Shown piece by piece: positions 17,469 to 27,443 of a stretch of 64,000 nt of DNA. The translations under genes and the position numbers were made by a program. The notes below the pieces were generated by a model. The model was not told the DNA's origin, ran no database searches, and saw nothing but the letters and a program-made list of their open reading frames with translations. The stretch is from Candidatus Methanoplasma cognatum (lineage in GTDB: Archaea; Thermoplasmatota; Thermoplasmata; Methanomassiliicoccales; Methanomethylophilaceae), in contig WRLM01000005.1 in NCBI GenBank assembly GCA_009777615.1, forward strand, positions 23,370 through 87,369. Direction: 5' to 3'. How positions within the stretch are numbered: position 1 is the first letter of the stretch; the number at the start of each line of letters is the position of its first letter.

Positions 17469-18833
17469 TCAGTTCTTGAAGCTGTGAATGGGCGCGGGGA
17501 TCCTTCCTCCGCGGTCGATGAAATCCTTGCATCCGTATCTGCTCACAGGCATGATGGGCGAACTGCCGAGGAGTCCGCCGAACTCCGCCGTCTCCCCCGC
17601 CTTCTTTCCGCAGACCGGTATCAGCCTCACGGCGGTGGTCTTCTGGTTGATCATGCCTATTGCCATCTCGTCCGCGATTATCCCGGATATGGTCTCGGCG
17701 CTCGTGTCCCCAGGTACAGGGACCATGTCCAGACCTACAGAACAAACACAGGTCATCGCTTCCAGCTTCTCTATGGTAAGGGCGCCTATCTCTGCCGCGT
17801 ATGCCATGGATCTGTCCTCGGATACGGGTATGAACGCTCCGCTCAGCCCCCCTACGTAAGACGACGCCATCACGCCGCCCTTCTTCACCTGATCGTTCAG
17901 TATCGCCAGGGCGGCGGTCGTTCCGGGAGCTCCCACGTATTCCATCCCCATCTCCTGGATGATGTCAGCTATACTGTCTCCTACCGCAGGGGTCGGAGCC
18001 AGCGAAAGGTCCACTATTCCGAAGGGCACATCGAGACGTTCGGACGCCTCTTTGGCTACCAGCTGTCCCACTCTGGTGACCTTGAATGCGGTCTTCTTGA
18101 TGGTTTCGCAAAGGACCTCGAAATTCTCTCCTTTTACTTTTGATATCGCTCTTTTCACGACGCCCGGTCCGCTTACCCCTACATTGATGACCCTGTCCGT
18201 TTCCGTCACTCCATGGAATGCCCCGGCCATGAACGGATTGTCGTCCGCAGGGTTGCAGAACACCACAAGCTTTGCGCAGCCGATGGAATCTCTGTGTTTG
18301 GTCGCCTCCGCAGTCTCTTTTATGACCGAACCCATCAGTTTTACGGCATCCATGTCGATGCCGGTCTTTGTAGAAGCAAGGCTGACGGAGCTGCATACGC
18401 AATCTGTCTCGGACAGAGCTCTGGGTATGGACTTTATCAGCAGCTGGTCCGCGGTGGACATGCCTTTCTGGACAAGCGCGGAGTATCCCCCGATGAAGTT
18501 GACCCCGACTTTACTTGCAGCACTTTCCATCGTTTCCGCTATCCTCACGAAATCATCACTCGTCCTGCAAGCGGAAGCTCCCACCAGGGAGATCGGAGTA
18601 ACTGCCACCCTTTTATTGATCACCGGGATACCGAAATCCAAGCCTATTTCGTCGCCGACCCTGACTAGGTCCTTTGCGGACGTTGTTATCTTGCTGTATA
18701 TGTTATCGCAGAGAACTTCCAGATCTGAATCGCAGCAATCCAGCAGGCCTATCCCCATCGTAATGGTCCTGACGTCAAGATTCTCATCATGGATCATCGT
18801 ACTGGTTTCGAACACTTCGTTGAGTTCTGCCAT
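17469..18833 (-). CDS. UPF0210/DUF711-family protein (454 aa); function unknown
   Basis: The length and the N-terminus (..[14 protein letters not shown]..) are typical of the family. It is paired with a small ACT protein immediately upstream. Confidence 0.75.
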   Translation of the reverse strand: MAELNEVFETSTMIHDENLDVRTITMGIGLLDCCDSDLEVLCDNIYSKITTSAKDLVRVGDEIGLDFGIPVINKRVAVTPISLVGASACRTSDDFVRIAETMESAASKVGVNFIGGYSALVQKGMSTADQLLIKSIPRALSETDCVCSSVSLASTKTGIDMDAVKLMGSVIKETAEATKHRDSIGCAKLVVFCNPADDNPFMAGAFHGVTETDRVINVGVSGPGVVKRAISKVKGENFEVLCETIKKTAFKVTRVGQLVAKEASERLDVPFGIVDLSLAPTPAVGDSIADIIQEMGMEYVGAPGTTAALAILNDQVKKGGVMASSYVGGLSGAFIPVSEDRSMAYAAEIGALTIEKLEAMTCVCSVGLDMVPVPGDTSAETISGIIADEMAIGMINQKTTAVRLIPVCGKKAGETAEFGGLLGSSPIMPVSRYGCKDFIDRGGRIPAPIHSFKN

Positions 18834-18841
18834 GAGATACC

Positions 18842-19114
18842 TCAGATCCTGTGCATCTTGTCAAAGATCTCTTCCTTATGAGCTCTTATGACACAGCCGA
18901 CCTTCTCTCCTACCCCTTCGAGTCCTTTCACTATCTCGGAGAATTGCATGGTGCATTTTTCCAGATCAACGATCATCATCATGTTGATGTACTCCTGGAC
19001 CGTGGTCTGCTTGATATCCAGGATGTTTATGTTATTCTCCGCGAAATAGTTGCATACTGCGGCGATGATGCCGACGTTGTCCCTTCCTACGAGCGTCACT
19101 ACTATTCTTTTCAT
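18842..19114 (-). CDS. Small ACT-domain protein (UPF0237-like)
   Basis: The 90-aa product begins [34 protein letters not shown], an ACT beta-alpha-beta fold signature. Its start overlaps the cimA stop as ATGA. Confidence 0.75.
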   Translation of the reverse strand: MKRIVVTLVGRDNVGIIAAVCNYFAENNINILDIKQTTVQEYINMMMIVDLEKCTMQFSEIVKGLEGVGEKVGCVIRAHKEEIFDKMHRI

Positions 19115-20814
19115 TGTATGACTTCCTTGTCCGTGTTCTTGTGTATGGCATATTCGATCGAATCCACCAGCGCATCCAGGCTGGCCTCGATGACATTTTC
19201 GGATACTCCGACGGTGGTCCAGCTGCGCTTCCCGTCCGTCGACCTTATCAGGACCCTGACCGACGCTGCCGTTGCCGATCTCTCGTCCAGCACGCGCACT
19301 TTGTAGTCTGTAAGCCTTATGCGGTCGGTCACCGGGAACAGTTTGGAGAGCGCTTTCCTCAAAGCGTTATCGAGGGCGTTGACCGGGCCGTCACCATTCG
19401 CCGCCGTGTGCTCCTCATTACCGTCCGAATCCATGACCTTTACGCTCGCCTCCGAACTCAGCTTGTCGCCGACGTTGTCTATGAAGACCCTGAATCCGGT
19501 CACCATGAACGGACTCTCTATCTCTCCCTTGAACCTTCTGACGAGAAGTTCAAAGCTGGCGTCAGCTCCTTCGAACAGATATCCCTCCGCCTCCAGGGCT
19601 TTGATCCTGTCGACGATGACCCTGCTCTCTTCCGAATCGACATCTATCCCGAAGTCCTTAAGCTTCTCGGAGATGCTGGCCCTTCCGGCCATATCGGATA
19701 TCAGGATCCTCCGCTTGTTTCCCACCAGCCCCGGCTCTATGTGCTCGTAGGTCCTCGGATCCTTTGCTATCGCGGATACGTGTATCCCCCCTTTGTGGGC
19801 AAAGGCCTTCTCTCCCACGTACGGCATGCCGGGGGTGGGAGCGAGGTTGGCGGTCTCCGATACGAATGCAGATAAAGCGGTAAGCTGGCTCATATCCTTT
19901 ATATTGAGTTCGTATTCCATTTTCAGCGCAAGGTCCGCCATTATCGAGCAGAGGTTCGCGTTACCGCACCTCTCTCCTATCCCGTTTATGGTGCCCTGCA
20001 CCATGGTGGCTCCGCCTTCGACGGCCACGAGAGAGTTTGCCACCGCAAGGTCCGAGTCGTTATGGCAGTGCACTCCGATCGGAACGTTGAACGTAAGCAG
20101 CGCGTCCTCAACGGCGTTCGCCACGTCATCCATCATCACGCCGCCGTTGGTATCACATAGGACCAGCCATTCCGCGCCCCCTTCCACGGCCGCTTTCAGA
20201 GCGCTGAGCGCATATTCTCTGTTTGAAAGGTACCCGTCAAAGAAGTGCTCTGCGTCGAACATCACCCTCTTCCCCGAATCCTTCAGGAACCTGACGCTGT
20301 TTCTTATAAGATCCAGATTTTCTTCGAGGGGTATACAGAGCGCGTTCGTGACCTGGAAATCCCAGCTTTTGCCGAATATGCAGCACCATTCCACAGGGCA
20401 TGCCGCAAGATTCTTTAGATTACTGTCGTCCTTTGCGGCCGTTCCGTGTTTGCCGGTGCTTCCGAAAGCCGTGAGCTGGGTATGTTTCAGTTCCAACTCT
20501 TTAGCCAGTCTGAAGAACTCATCTACCTTAGGACTGGACCCGGGCCATCCTCCCTCGACGAAATCGATACCGAACTCGTCCAGTCTCTTCAGGACTTCCA
20601 GCGCATCCTCAGGGGAGAAAGACACCCCCTCGCTCTGCGCACCGTCCCTCAGCGTCGTGTCGTAAATAACAATGTTCTTGATGGAGCCCGCACCGGAGAG
20701 CACAAGCTGGTCGTACGGTTCCAGCATTTTTTCCGTATTCTTAGCGCTTTCACTGGTTTGTTGCTTTTTCATAAAAACCACCAAACCGCCCTTGCTGTCA
20801 CTGACTTCATCCAA
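19111..20814 (-). CDS. cimA: Citramalate synthase / long-form 2-isopropylmalate synthase family
   Basis: Motifs IYDTTLRDGAQSEGVSFS, HCHND and a C-terminal LeuA-dimer-like regulatory domain. The true start may be an internal Met (MKKQQ..). Confidence 0.8.
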   Translation of the reverse strand: MDEVSDSKGGLVVFMKKQQTSESAKNTEKMLEPYDQLVLSGAGSIKNIVIYDTTLRDGAQSEGVSFSPEDALEVLKRLDEFGIDFVEGGWPGSSPKVDEFFRLAKELELKHTQLTAFGSTGKHGTAAKDDSNLKNLAACPVEWCCIFGKSWDFQVTNALCIPLEENLDLIRNSVRFLKDSGKRVMFDAEHFFDGYLSNREYALSALKAAVEGGAEWLVLCDTNGGVMMDDVANAVEDALLTFNVPIGVHCHNDSDLAVANSLVAVEGGATMVQGTINGIGERCGNANLCSIMADLALKMEYELNIKDMSQLTALSAFVSETANLAPTPGMPYVGEKAFAHKGGIHVSAIAKDPRTYEHIEPGLVGNKRRILISDMAGRASISEKLKDFGIDVDSEESRVIVDRIKALEAEGYLFEGADASFELLVRRFKGEIESPFMVTGFRVFIDNVGDKLSSEASVKVMDSDGNEEHTAANGDGPVNALDNALRKALSKLFPVTDRIRLTDYKVRVLDERSATAASVRVLIRSTDGKRSWTTVGVSENVIEASLDALVDSIEYAIHKNTDKEVIQ

Positions 20815-20985
20815 TAATAATGGGCTCGGTCGTCAGTTTGAAGATCATTTTTAGACCCCTTGGCGGTGTAACTTCATCGGATAGACCGTATTTATAGTTA
20901 GCCGTCGAACCCCTGTGCGGCCGAAATGTGGCATATGTGGCCCATTTTACTTCATCCGGTCGACCGCAGGCTACCTCAGTGCGCC

Positions 20986-21987
20986 TCAGCGTTCTTTCCT
21001 GTCATCCATTATCGAAACAAGATCGCTGAGTATCGCAGACGCGGTCTCTATCTTACCGGCGCCCCTGCCGGAGATGGTTATCGGCCCAGCAAGATCGGTG
21101 ACCACCTGCGCCGCGTTGAGAGTACCGACTATGCTCAGGGGGTGGCCTCTCGGTACAAGGCGGGGGGAGACCTCCAATTTATCGCGGGATACCTCCCCTA
21201 TAAGCCTGATCACCATGTTATTGGAGGCCGCAAGGGAGATAGCCTCGCTTGTTATGGATGAGATGCCGGTTATCTTGACGTCGGAGAAGGTGACGCTTCT
21301 TCTGAAGATTGAGTTCGCAAGTATCACGATCTTGCACGCGCTGTCGTATCCTTCTACATCGTTCGTCGGGTCGGTCTCGGCATAGCCCATCTGCTGAGCT
21401 TCCTTGAGCACCTGTTCGAACGACTGACCGTTATCCATCTTGCTGAGTATGAAGTTGCAGGTCCCGTTGAATATTCCGCGGATGGAAGATATTTTCTCTC
21501 CGACAAGGTTCTCCCTGCACAGGTTTATGATGGGCATAGCGCCGCCGACGGAACCTTCGAAGCGCAGTTTGCAGCCGTTCTTCTTCGCGATGGCCACAAG
21601 CTCGCAGAAGCATAGTGCCAGCGGCCCTTTGTTAACGGTAATGACATCCTTCCCCGACTCAAGTGCGTGCCTTATGTTCTTTAAGCCGACGCCCCCGGTG
21701 TTTATGTCGGTGGGGCTGACCTCCACCAGAACGTCGTATTCCACGGAATCCATTATCTGCGCCGAATCCGTATAACCCTTCGTTCCGACCTTTCCCGTAG
21801 ACCGCTTTCTTTCCAGAAGTTCGCCGGGAGAAAGTCCTGCAGGGTCTGAGACATAGGTGGAGGAATCCATGACGCATACGATGTCGATGTCCTTACCGTA
21901 TTTCTCTCTGAAGAAGCCCCTCCTCAGGATCATGACCTCCGCGAACCCCTGACCCACGGTCCCGAATCCTGACATCAGTATTCTCAT
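20986..21987 (-). CDS. hom: Homoserine dehydrogenase
   Basis: [14 protein letters not shown] is a Rossmann GxGxxG motif. The rest matches the central and C-terminal hom pattern. The start is set at the ATG 1 nt after the upstream gene's stop. Confidence 0.85.
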   Translation of the reverse strand: MRILMSGFGTVGQGFAEVMILRRGFFREKYGKDIDIVCVMDSSTYVSDPAGLSPGELLERKRSTGKVGTKGYTDSAQIMDSVEYDVLVEVSPTDINTGGVGLKNIRHALESGKDVITVNKGPLALCFCELVAIAKKNGCKLRFEGSVGGAMPIINLCRENLVGEKISSIRGIFNGTCNFILSKMDNGQSFEQVLKEAQQMGYAETDPTNDVEGYDSACKIVILANSIFRRSVTFSDVKITGISSITSEAISLAASNNMVIRLIGEVSRDKLEVSPRLVPRGHPLSIVGTLNAAQVVTDLAGPITISGRGAGKIETASAILSDLVSIMDDRKER

Positions 21988-21988
21988 G

Positions 21989-22480
21989 TCAGAGCCCCCT
22001 GATGTACACGATTTTGCTTTTTTTGCACGAATCGGCCAGGAATTCATCGAATTTTTTCAGGTCTCCTTGGCTCATGAGCTCTGCGGAGATCATAGCGGTG
22101 CGGGTGACGCTTGCGTTCTTTGATGAGTAGTTCACATCCACCGATTCGAAAGCTACCATGCCGGACGCTTCGTCTATCAGCGACTCGACGAAGGACGCTT
22201 TGAACTTCCCGACCAGCATGTATTCCATTGTATAGGTCTTGTACACTGAGCCTATCTTTGCTATTTGGACATCCTTCGATTTCCAGATGTCCTTGAGCTG
22301 ATCCAATTCAGAGTTCCCCTTGACCTCGAACGTGACGTCAATGCATATTCTCTGGTTTACGATCATTTCCCTGTCGTGCACGACGCCGACGATGTTTCCG
22401 TTGACCAGCGATATGGGCTGCAGGGATTCGACCAAACGCCCGGGGAGATCCTTAACATAGAGCTGTGCATTAACCATCAT
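21989..22480 (-). CDS. ACT-like regulatory domain protein upstream of hom
   Basis: 163-aa ORF tightly coupled to hom. It has a two-lobed small-domain pattern. The assignment rests on context only. Confidence 0.5.
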   Translation of the reverse strand: MMVNAQLYVKDLPGRLVESLQPISLVNGNIVGVVHDREMIVNQRICIDVTFEVKGNSELDQLKDIWKSKDVQIAKIGSVYKTYTMEYMLVGKFKASFVESLIDEASGMVAFESVDVNYSSKNASVTRTAMISAELMSQGDLKKFDEFLADSCKKSKIVYIRGL

Positions 22481-22696
22481 TTCAATACCACTCCGGGTGT
22501 ATTTTCATCTTATTTTACATAATTCCATTCTACTATTTAATCAAAGTACCATTTTGATTTGTACGTTAATGCCGATCTTTGTTGAGATGGACCATTCGAG
22601 TCATCGGCGGCCGCACGAAACGAAATATGAGGTCACTGGCTCTCATGATATTATTTACTTTATTGTTACATAAATAATAATGTTGGGAAGGGGTGA

Positions 22697-22915
22697 TCAG
22701 CCCCCTTCCCCGTCCTCGATGAATTCCAATATGTCCCCCGGCTGACATTTCAGCGTGGAGCATATGGCGTTCAGGGTCGAGAAACGTATCGCGCTGATCT
22801 TCCCCGTTTTTATGTTGGAAAGGTTGACGTTGGATATGCCCACTCTTTCCGCAAGTTCGTTCAGGGAGACCTTCCGGTCTGCCATCACCCTGTCAAGCCT
22901 TAGTATTATGGTCAT
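22697..22915 (-). CDS. XRE-family HTH transcriptional regulator (YozG-like, 72 aa)
   Basis: MTIILRLDRVMADRKVSLNELAERVGISNVNLSNIKTGKISAIRFSTL. The longer tracked ORF (to 23194) overlaps the upstream gene and was trimmed. Confidence 0.8.
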   Translation of the reverse strand: MTIILRLDRVMADRKVSLNELAERVGISNVNLSNIKTGKISAIRFSTLNAICSTLKCQPGDILEFIEDGEGG

Positions 22916-22919
22916 GCGA

Positions 22920-23432
22920 TCACAGCGTCTCGTCCGAATCCTTCTGCAATGCAACCCCGTACTTAAAGATAAGAGACAGGAAATAGAACAGCAGGGCCAT
23001 GAACAGCATTGCGGGATTGAATTGGAACAGCAGATCCGACTGCGCTTCCAGGAAATATATTCCCGCTGCGCTGATGATCGGCAGGATGACCGTTCCCACC
23101 AGCAGAAGGATGGCCAATCTTTCCAGGCATTTGACGTTATCGTCCATGAAAGGGGTGCCGTTTTTATACACGTTCGTGAAAAGACGATCGGCATAGTAAA
23201 GGGCGATCAGTCCGAAAGCCACCGCCACAATAATTATCGCGCACATCGACAGAACCTGGCCGCTTTTAGTAAACTCGTCGACATTATCCAGCACCATTTC
23301 CGGATCCAGGGCCGTAACGATCATCAAAATCAGTACGAGCGCTATCACCGCTATCAAAAAGACCATGAGGGCCTTCACCGCCAATCCCGCATACCGGCTG
23401 ATCTTGTTCAGCCTGTTCAAGGTATCATTCAT
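22920..23432 (-). CDS. DUF2975-like membrane protein
   Basis: 4-5 TM segments. It has the usual partnership with a YozG-type HTH gene 4 nt downstream. Confidence 0.55.
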   Translation of the reverse strand: MNDTLNRLNKISRYAGLAVKALMVFLIAVIALVLILMIVTALDPEMVLDNVDEFTKSGQVLSMCAIIIVAVAFGLIALYYADRLFTNVYKNGTPFMDDNVKCLERLAILLLVGTVILPIISAAGIYFLEAQSDLLFQFNPAMLFMALLFYFLSLIFKYGVALQKDSDETL

Positions 23433-23513
23433 ATTATCATTTCCTCCATATACACATAGTTAAGTTAGTGCAAAACACCGTTTGAAAAAAAGATCCGAAG
23501 AGGGCTTTGCAGA

Positions 23514-24272
23514 TCATAACTCCCTCCTCCTGAATATCAAGTATCCCGCCGCACCCGTCACCAGCCCCCATACCAGCATCACGCCTGCGCTCCTCCCGAT
23601 GTTGAGATCATTGTCCGGAAGGCAGCCGTCTATGTCGTATCCGGCCGTATCAAGCATGAACCACGGGTCGATCGAGTTCTCGGACAATATGCCCGATGTG
23701 AGCATCATTATCATCAGCAGCGTTACGAATGTCAGTACTGCGGCGGTGCCGGATTTCTTTACCATCGAGCTTATCAGGACAGCCACCCCCGCAGTGCCGA
23801 TCATATACGTCAGCGCAAGACCCAGAGATGTCAATAGGGATGATGTCACAGATCCTGTTACGATCAGGCTTATGGCCGCTGTGACCGCATAGTATACTAA
23901 TATGAACATGAAACCGGCCATGCATGCGACGGACACCTTTCCGACGAATATCGACCATTTTCTGAGCGGTTTCGTGAACAGCACCAAAGCGGTCCTTTCT
24001 TCAAACTCAGATACTATTGTGCCTGAGACGAACAGCGTTGCCATCAGAAGTACGAGGAGCTGCATTGAGGACGCATAGGAATATGCCAGTATCAGGGGGT
24101 CTTTGTTCAGCCCGTCGCCGAACAGATAAGGCGGGACGGTGTTGAGGAGCAGCACCAGCAGCATGATAATGGCGAATATGGCCATCTTCTTGCCGCGGAA
24201 GTATTTTTTGAGCTCATACTTCAACACCACTCCCGTCTGTCGGAGGTTGTCGGAGAAACTGTCTTCCAGCAT
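23514..24272 (-). CDS. ABC-2-type transporter permease
   Basis: 252 aa with six hydrophobic spans, immediately downstream of an ABC ATPase. Confidence 0.65.
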   Translation of the reverse strand: MLEDSFSDNLRQTGVVLKYELKKYFRGKKMAIFAIIMLLVLLLNTVPPYLFGDGLNKDPLILAYSYASSMQLLVLLMATLFVSGTIVSEFEERTALVLFTKPLRKWSIFVGKVSVACMAGFMFILVYYAVTAAISLIVTGSVTSSLLTSLGLALTYMIGTAGVAVLISSMVKKSGTAAVLTFVTLLMIMMLTSGILSENSIDPWFMLDTAGYDIDGCLPDNDLNIGRSAGVMLVWGLVTGAAGYLIFRRREL

Positions 24273-24276
24273 TCTT

Positions 24277-25218
24277 TCACCTCGACTCCGCTATCATGTT
24301 CAGATACACTGACTCAAGCGCATCCTCTTCGTGAAGATCGAATATACCCAGGCCGAGAGAACCGACCTCAGTGAAGAACCTCAGCTGGTCGCTGTCGCCG
24401 CCGGTGAAACGTATATCAATGTTGTTACCGACCATCAAGGCGTCTTTGACGTTGGCGAGGCCGGATATCCGGGATACGGCGTCCTCAGTCGGGTCGCCGA
24501 CCATCCTCAGGCTTATCTTTCTCACCTTATTGGAACCGGTAATGGCCTCCGTCCTGTCGTTGAGCAGAAGCTTTCCTCGGTTGATCAGGGCGATGCGGTC
24601 GCAGAGATCCGCGACCTCATGCAGGATGTGAGAGCTCATAAGCATAGTGAGGTTCTTTGACCTGTTCCGTATGTTTTTCAATACATCCCTTATTTCCGCC
24701 ACCCCTCTCGGATCGAGACCCGACGTAGGCTCATCGAGGATTATGACACTCGGATCGTTCATCAGAGATATCCCCAGAGCTATCCTCTGTTTCATCCCCT
24801 TTGAGAAGGTGCCGAGCCTCTTGTCCGCCCATTCTGTCATCTTCACATCGGAAAGTATCTCCTCCGTCTGAGCGGAAATGGATTCTCTGCTCATTCCGAA
24901 GATCTCTCCTGTGTAGGAGAACATTTCTGCCGGCGTCATGTAAAGATAGAATTCGGGGGTCTCGACAACCGAGCCGACACCGATCAGTGCGGTTTTGTAT
25001 TCCTTCGTGACGTCCGCGCCGTTGATGAACGCGCTGCCGGACGTTGCGTTGATTAGGTTGGTCAGTATCTTCAGGGTCGTGCTCTTCCCCGCACCGTTCG
25101 GTCCGAGGAAGCCCGTAAAGCTATTCTTTTCCACATTCAGCGTCAGATCGTCAAGGGCAACGAATTTTTTGTATTCTTTTCTCAGTTCCATTATTTCTAT
25201 GGGGTGGCCGCCGGTCAT
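24277..25218 (-). CDS. ABC transporter ATP-binding protein
   Basis: Walker A GPNGAGKST, signature LSGG-like FSKGMKQR and Walker B IILDEPTSGLD. The start is set at MTGGHPIEI. Confidence 0.85.
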   Translation of the reverse strand: MTGGHPIEIMELRKEYKKFVALDDLTLNVEKNSFTGFLGPNGAGKSTTLKILTNLINATSGSAFINGADVTKEYKTALIGVGSVVETPEFYLYMTPAEMFSYTGEIFGMSRESISAQTEEILSDVKMTEWADKRLGTFSKGMKQRIALGISLMNDPSVIILDEPTSGLDPRGVAEIRDVLKNIRNRSKNLTMLMSSHILHEVADLCDRIALINRGKLLLNDRTEAITGSNKVRKISLRMVGDPTEDAVSRISGLANVKDALMVGNNIDIRFTGGDSDQLRFFTEVGSLGLGIFDLHEEDALESVYLNMIAESR

Positions 25219-25408
25219 GTACGCACCCCCCTCGCAGGGACGGAATGCGATACCGACCAAGCCGCGCCTTTTCCGAAATGTGCCGCAGTGTATGTATCAT
25301 CTCCGAGCATTTGATCTCCGTATGATACATCTATCGAATAATATTTAATGTTTATCATTAAAAATTTAACATTTGAAATTATTTTACCTCATCATGGCCG
25401 GACGATCC

Positions 25409-26404
25409 TCAGTCCATGGCCGCGTTAATGGTCAATTCTGATATATCTATGCAGTATTCGGCGATGCGCTTCGAACTTCCGGCAATGAGGCTGGCGGAGG
25501 ATGCGGTGTAGACGTCCACCTCCATCTTCTTGAATGTCTTTTCGATCTTCCTGACTATCTTCTCGCCCTCCTCTATGCATTGCTCGGCGATGTTAATGTC
25601 CGTTTTCAGCCAGCCCGTGATCGATTCGCTGTACAGTTTCATGATCTCCTTCCCCGTCTCTCTGATGCCCTTGTCGACCGCCTCCGCTTTCTTATCATCC
25701 ATGAGCATCATCAGGTTCTTGGACAGAAGTACGGTGTGGTCTCCGATCCTTTCAAGTATCCTGCTGACCGCGATGTGGTTCGTAAGCTCGCAGAGGTTCG
25801 ATCCGATCTTTTTGCAGATCCAGGGATCCTTCTTGTAGATGCTGTTCTGTCTGGATATCAGCCAGTGGACCCTGTCGATCTCCACGTCCCTCTTTTCCAG
25901 GTCCGCGATGCGGGCGCCGTTGCCGCTGGCGGCCGATTCAAGAACATCATCGATCATCTTCCTTACAAGTATGCTCATTCTCTCCAGGCTCTTGCCGGGT
26001 CTGATCTCGGTATGGTCCATAAGGTCCTTGATGAGAATGCGGTAGTTGTCCTCCTCCACCACCTCCATCCCTATCGATGTCTGAGTGAAGGAGTTCACGA
26101 CGCCGACGGCGGAGTTCGAAAGCGGCTGGTCCGAGAACACTTCGATCATGCTGTGGCCGGAGATGTACGCTCCGATAAGCTGCCTGTAAAGGAAATCCTC
26201 GCTTTTTATGCCGGTAACATTGACCTTCTTTATGTCTTTAGGAGCTTCCATCTTCTTTACCGGAGAGACAAGGAGGTCCCCGTTTGATTGGACCTCGACG
26301 CCTACGCTGTCATTTTTCTTAAGCCCCATGGACTCAGCCCAATCCTTGGGAAGGGTTATCATGTAGGATTCGCCTTGGGTGACCTGTATCCTTCTTGTAT
26401 CCAT
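25409..26404 (-). CDS. phoU: Phosphate uptake regulator with an AbrB/SpoVT-type N-domain and PhoU repeats
   Basis: The N-terminus MDTRRIQVTQGESYMITLPKDWAESMGL is AbrB-like. Two PhoU-like helical repeats follow. The gene is divergent from the pst operon. Confidence 0.75.
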   Translation of the reverse strand: MDTRRIQVTQGESYMITLPKDWAESMGLKKNDSVGVEVQSNGDLLVSPVKKMEAPKDIKKVNVTGIKSEDFLYRQLIGAYISGHSMIEVFSDQPLSNSAVGVVNSFTQTSIGMEVVEEDNYRILIKDLMDHTEIRPGKSLERMSILVRKMIDDVLESAASGNGARIADLEKRDVEIDRVHWLISRQNSIYKKDPWICKKIGSNLCELTNHIAVSRILERIGDHTVLLSKNLMMLMDDKKAEAVDKGIRETGKEIMKLYSESITGWLKTDINIAEQCIEEGEKIVRKIEKTFKKMEVDVYTASSASLIAGSSKRIAEYCIDISELTINAAMD

Positions 26405-26560
26405 GATATTGTATCGCCAACTGCCTATTAATATTTGTTTAAATTCGTAATTAACTAATTCAGTACATGCATACACATATGGATGTTTTTTACAACGAGC
26501 ATGTATATATTCTCGCTAGGATTCTTCGATAATCGAGGTGAAAAAACCTTGGCAAACAAG

Positions 26561-27430
26561 ATGATGATGATAGTCGCCGTCGCAGTTGTTGCGGTGATCT
26601 GTGTGGCAGGAGCAGTTGTCCTTCTCAATAATAATGACGACAAAGGCTCCGACAGCCACACAACGATCTCCGTCATGGGATCGACGACAGTAGAACCCCT
26701 TATGGTGAGTTTCCAGGAAGCATATGAAAAAGAGAAAAATAATGTGTCCATAACTGTCAGCGCGCAAGGGTCGGGCACGGCCGCACCTGCGATAAGGAAC
26801 GGCATCGCCGAAATCGGGATGCTGTCAAGAGACCCCAGTTCAAGCGAATCCGACATGACACCTCTGATAATCGCCGGTGACGGAGTGGTCATAATCGTGA
26901 GTAAAAGCGCAAATGTCACCGATCTGACGTTGGAGCAGGTAGCGAAGATCTACCGCGGTGAGATCACGAACTGGAACCAGGTCGGCGGTGCTAATCTCAC
27001 GATCAGGCCGATAATAAGGGAAGACAGTTCAGGAACAAGAGAGTGCTTAGACACGATAATGGCCGCGAAACTGGGAATAACCGTAGCCGTTCTGTCGGAG
27101 AAATATACAAGCTACCCCATGCAGACAACGACGGGAGCCATGTTAACACAGGCCAATAACGTCAATGGCGCAATAGGGTATGTGAACCTCGGCGCTTTGC
27201 CGACATTAGGCACCACTGCCCCCAATATGACGGCAGTATCAATAGACGGTATAGCACCCTCTCCCGCAACGGTCACGGACGGCACATACGAGATCTCAAG
27301 GAATCTGATACTGATCACCGGCGGAACACCCACCGGTGAAGTGAAAGCGTTCCTTGATTGGATAATGTCGCCCAAAGGGCAGAAGCTCGTTGAGACCGGG
27401 GGATTCGTTCCAGTAGCACCGACAGCCTGA
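26561..27430 (+). CDS. pstS: Phosphate ABC transporter substrate-binding protein
   Basis: An N-terminal anchor MMMIVAVAVVAVICVAGAVVLL is followed by GSTTVEPL and SGTRE motifs. AGGTGA lies upstream of ATG 26561. Confidence 0.8.
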   Translation: MMMIVAVAVVAVICVAGAVVLLNNNDDKGSDSHTTISVMGSTTVEPLMVSFQEAYEKEKNNVSITVSAQGSGTAAPAIRNGIAEIGMLSRDPSSSESDMTPLIIAGDGVVIIVSKSANVTDLTLEQVAKIYRGEITNWNQVGGANLTIRPIIREDSSGTRECLDTIMAAKLGITVAVLSEKYTSYPMQTTTGAMLTQANNVNGAIGYVNLGALPTLGTTAPNMTAVSIDGIAPSPATVTDGTYEISRNLILITGGTPTGEVKAFLDWIMSPKGQKLVETGGFVPVAPTA

Positions 27431-27443
27431 TCTTGGTGAAAAA

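Noticed and set aside
22916-23194. Upstream 93 residues of the tracked ORF 22697-23194 (minus strand)
   Set aside because: This part overlaps the DUF2975-like gene in another frame and is C/S/W-rich. The XRE-type HTH domain starts at ATG 22915, 4 nt after the upstream stop.
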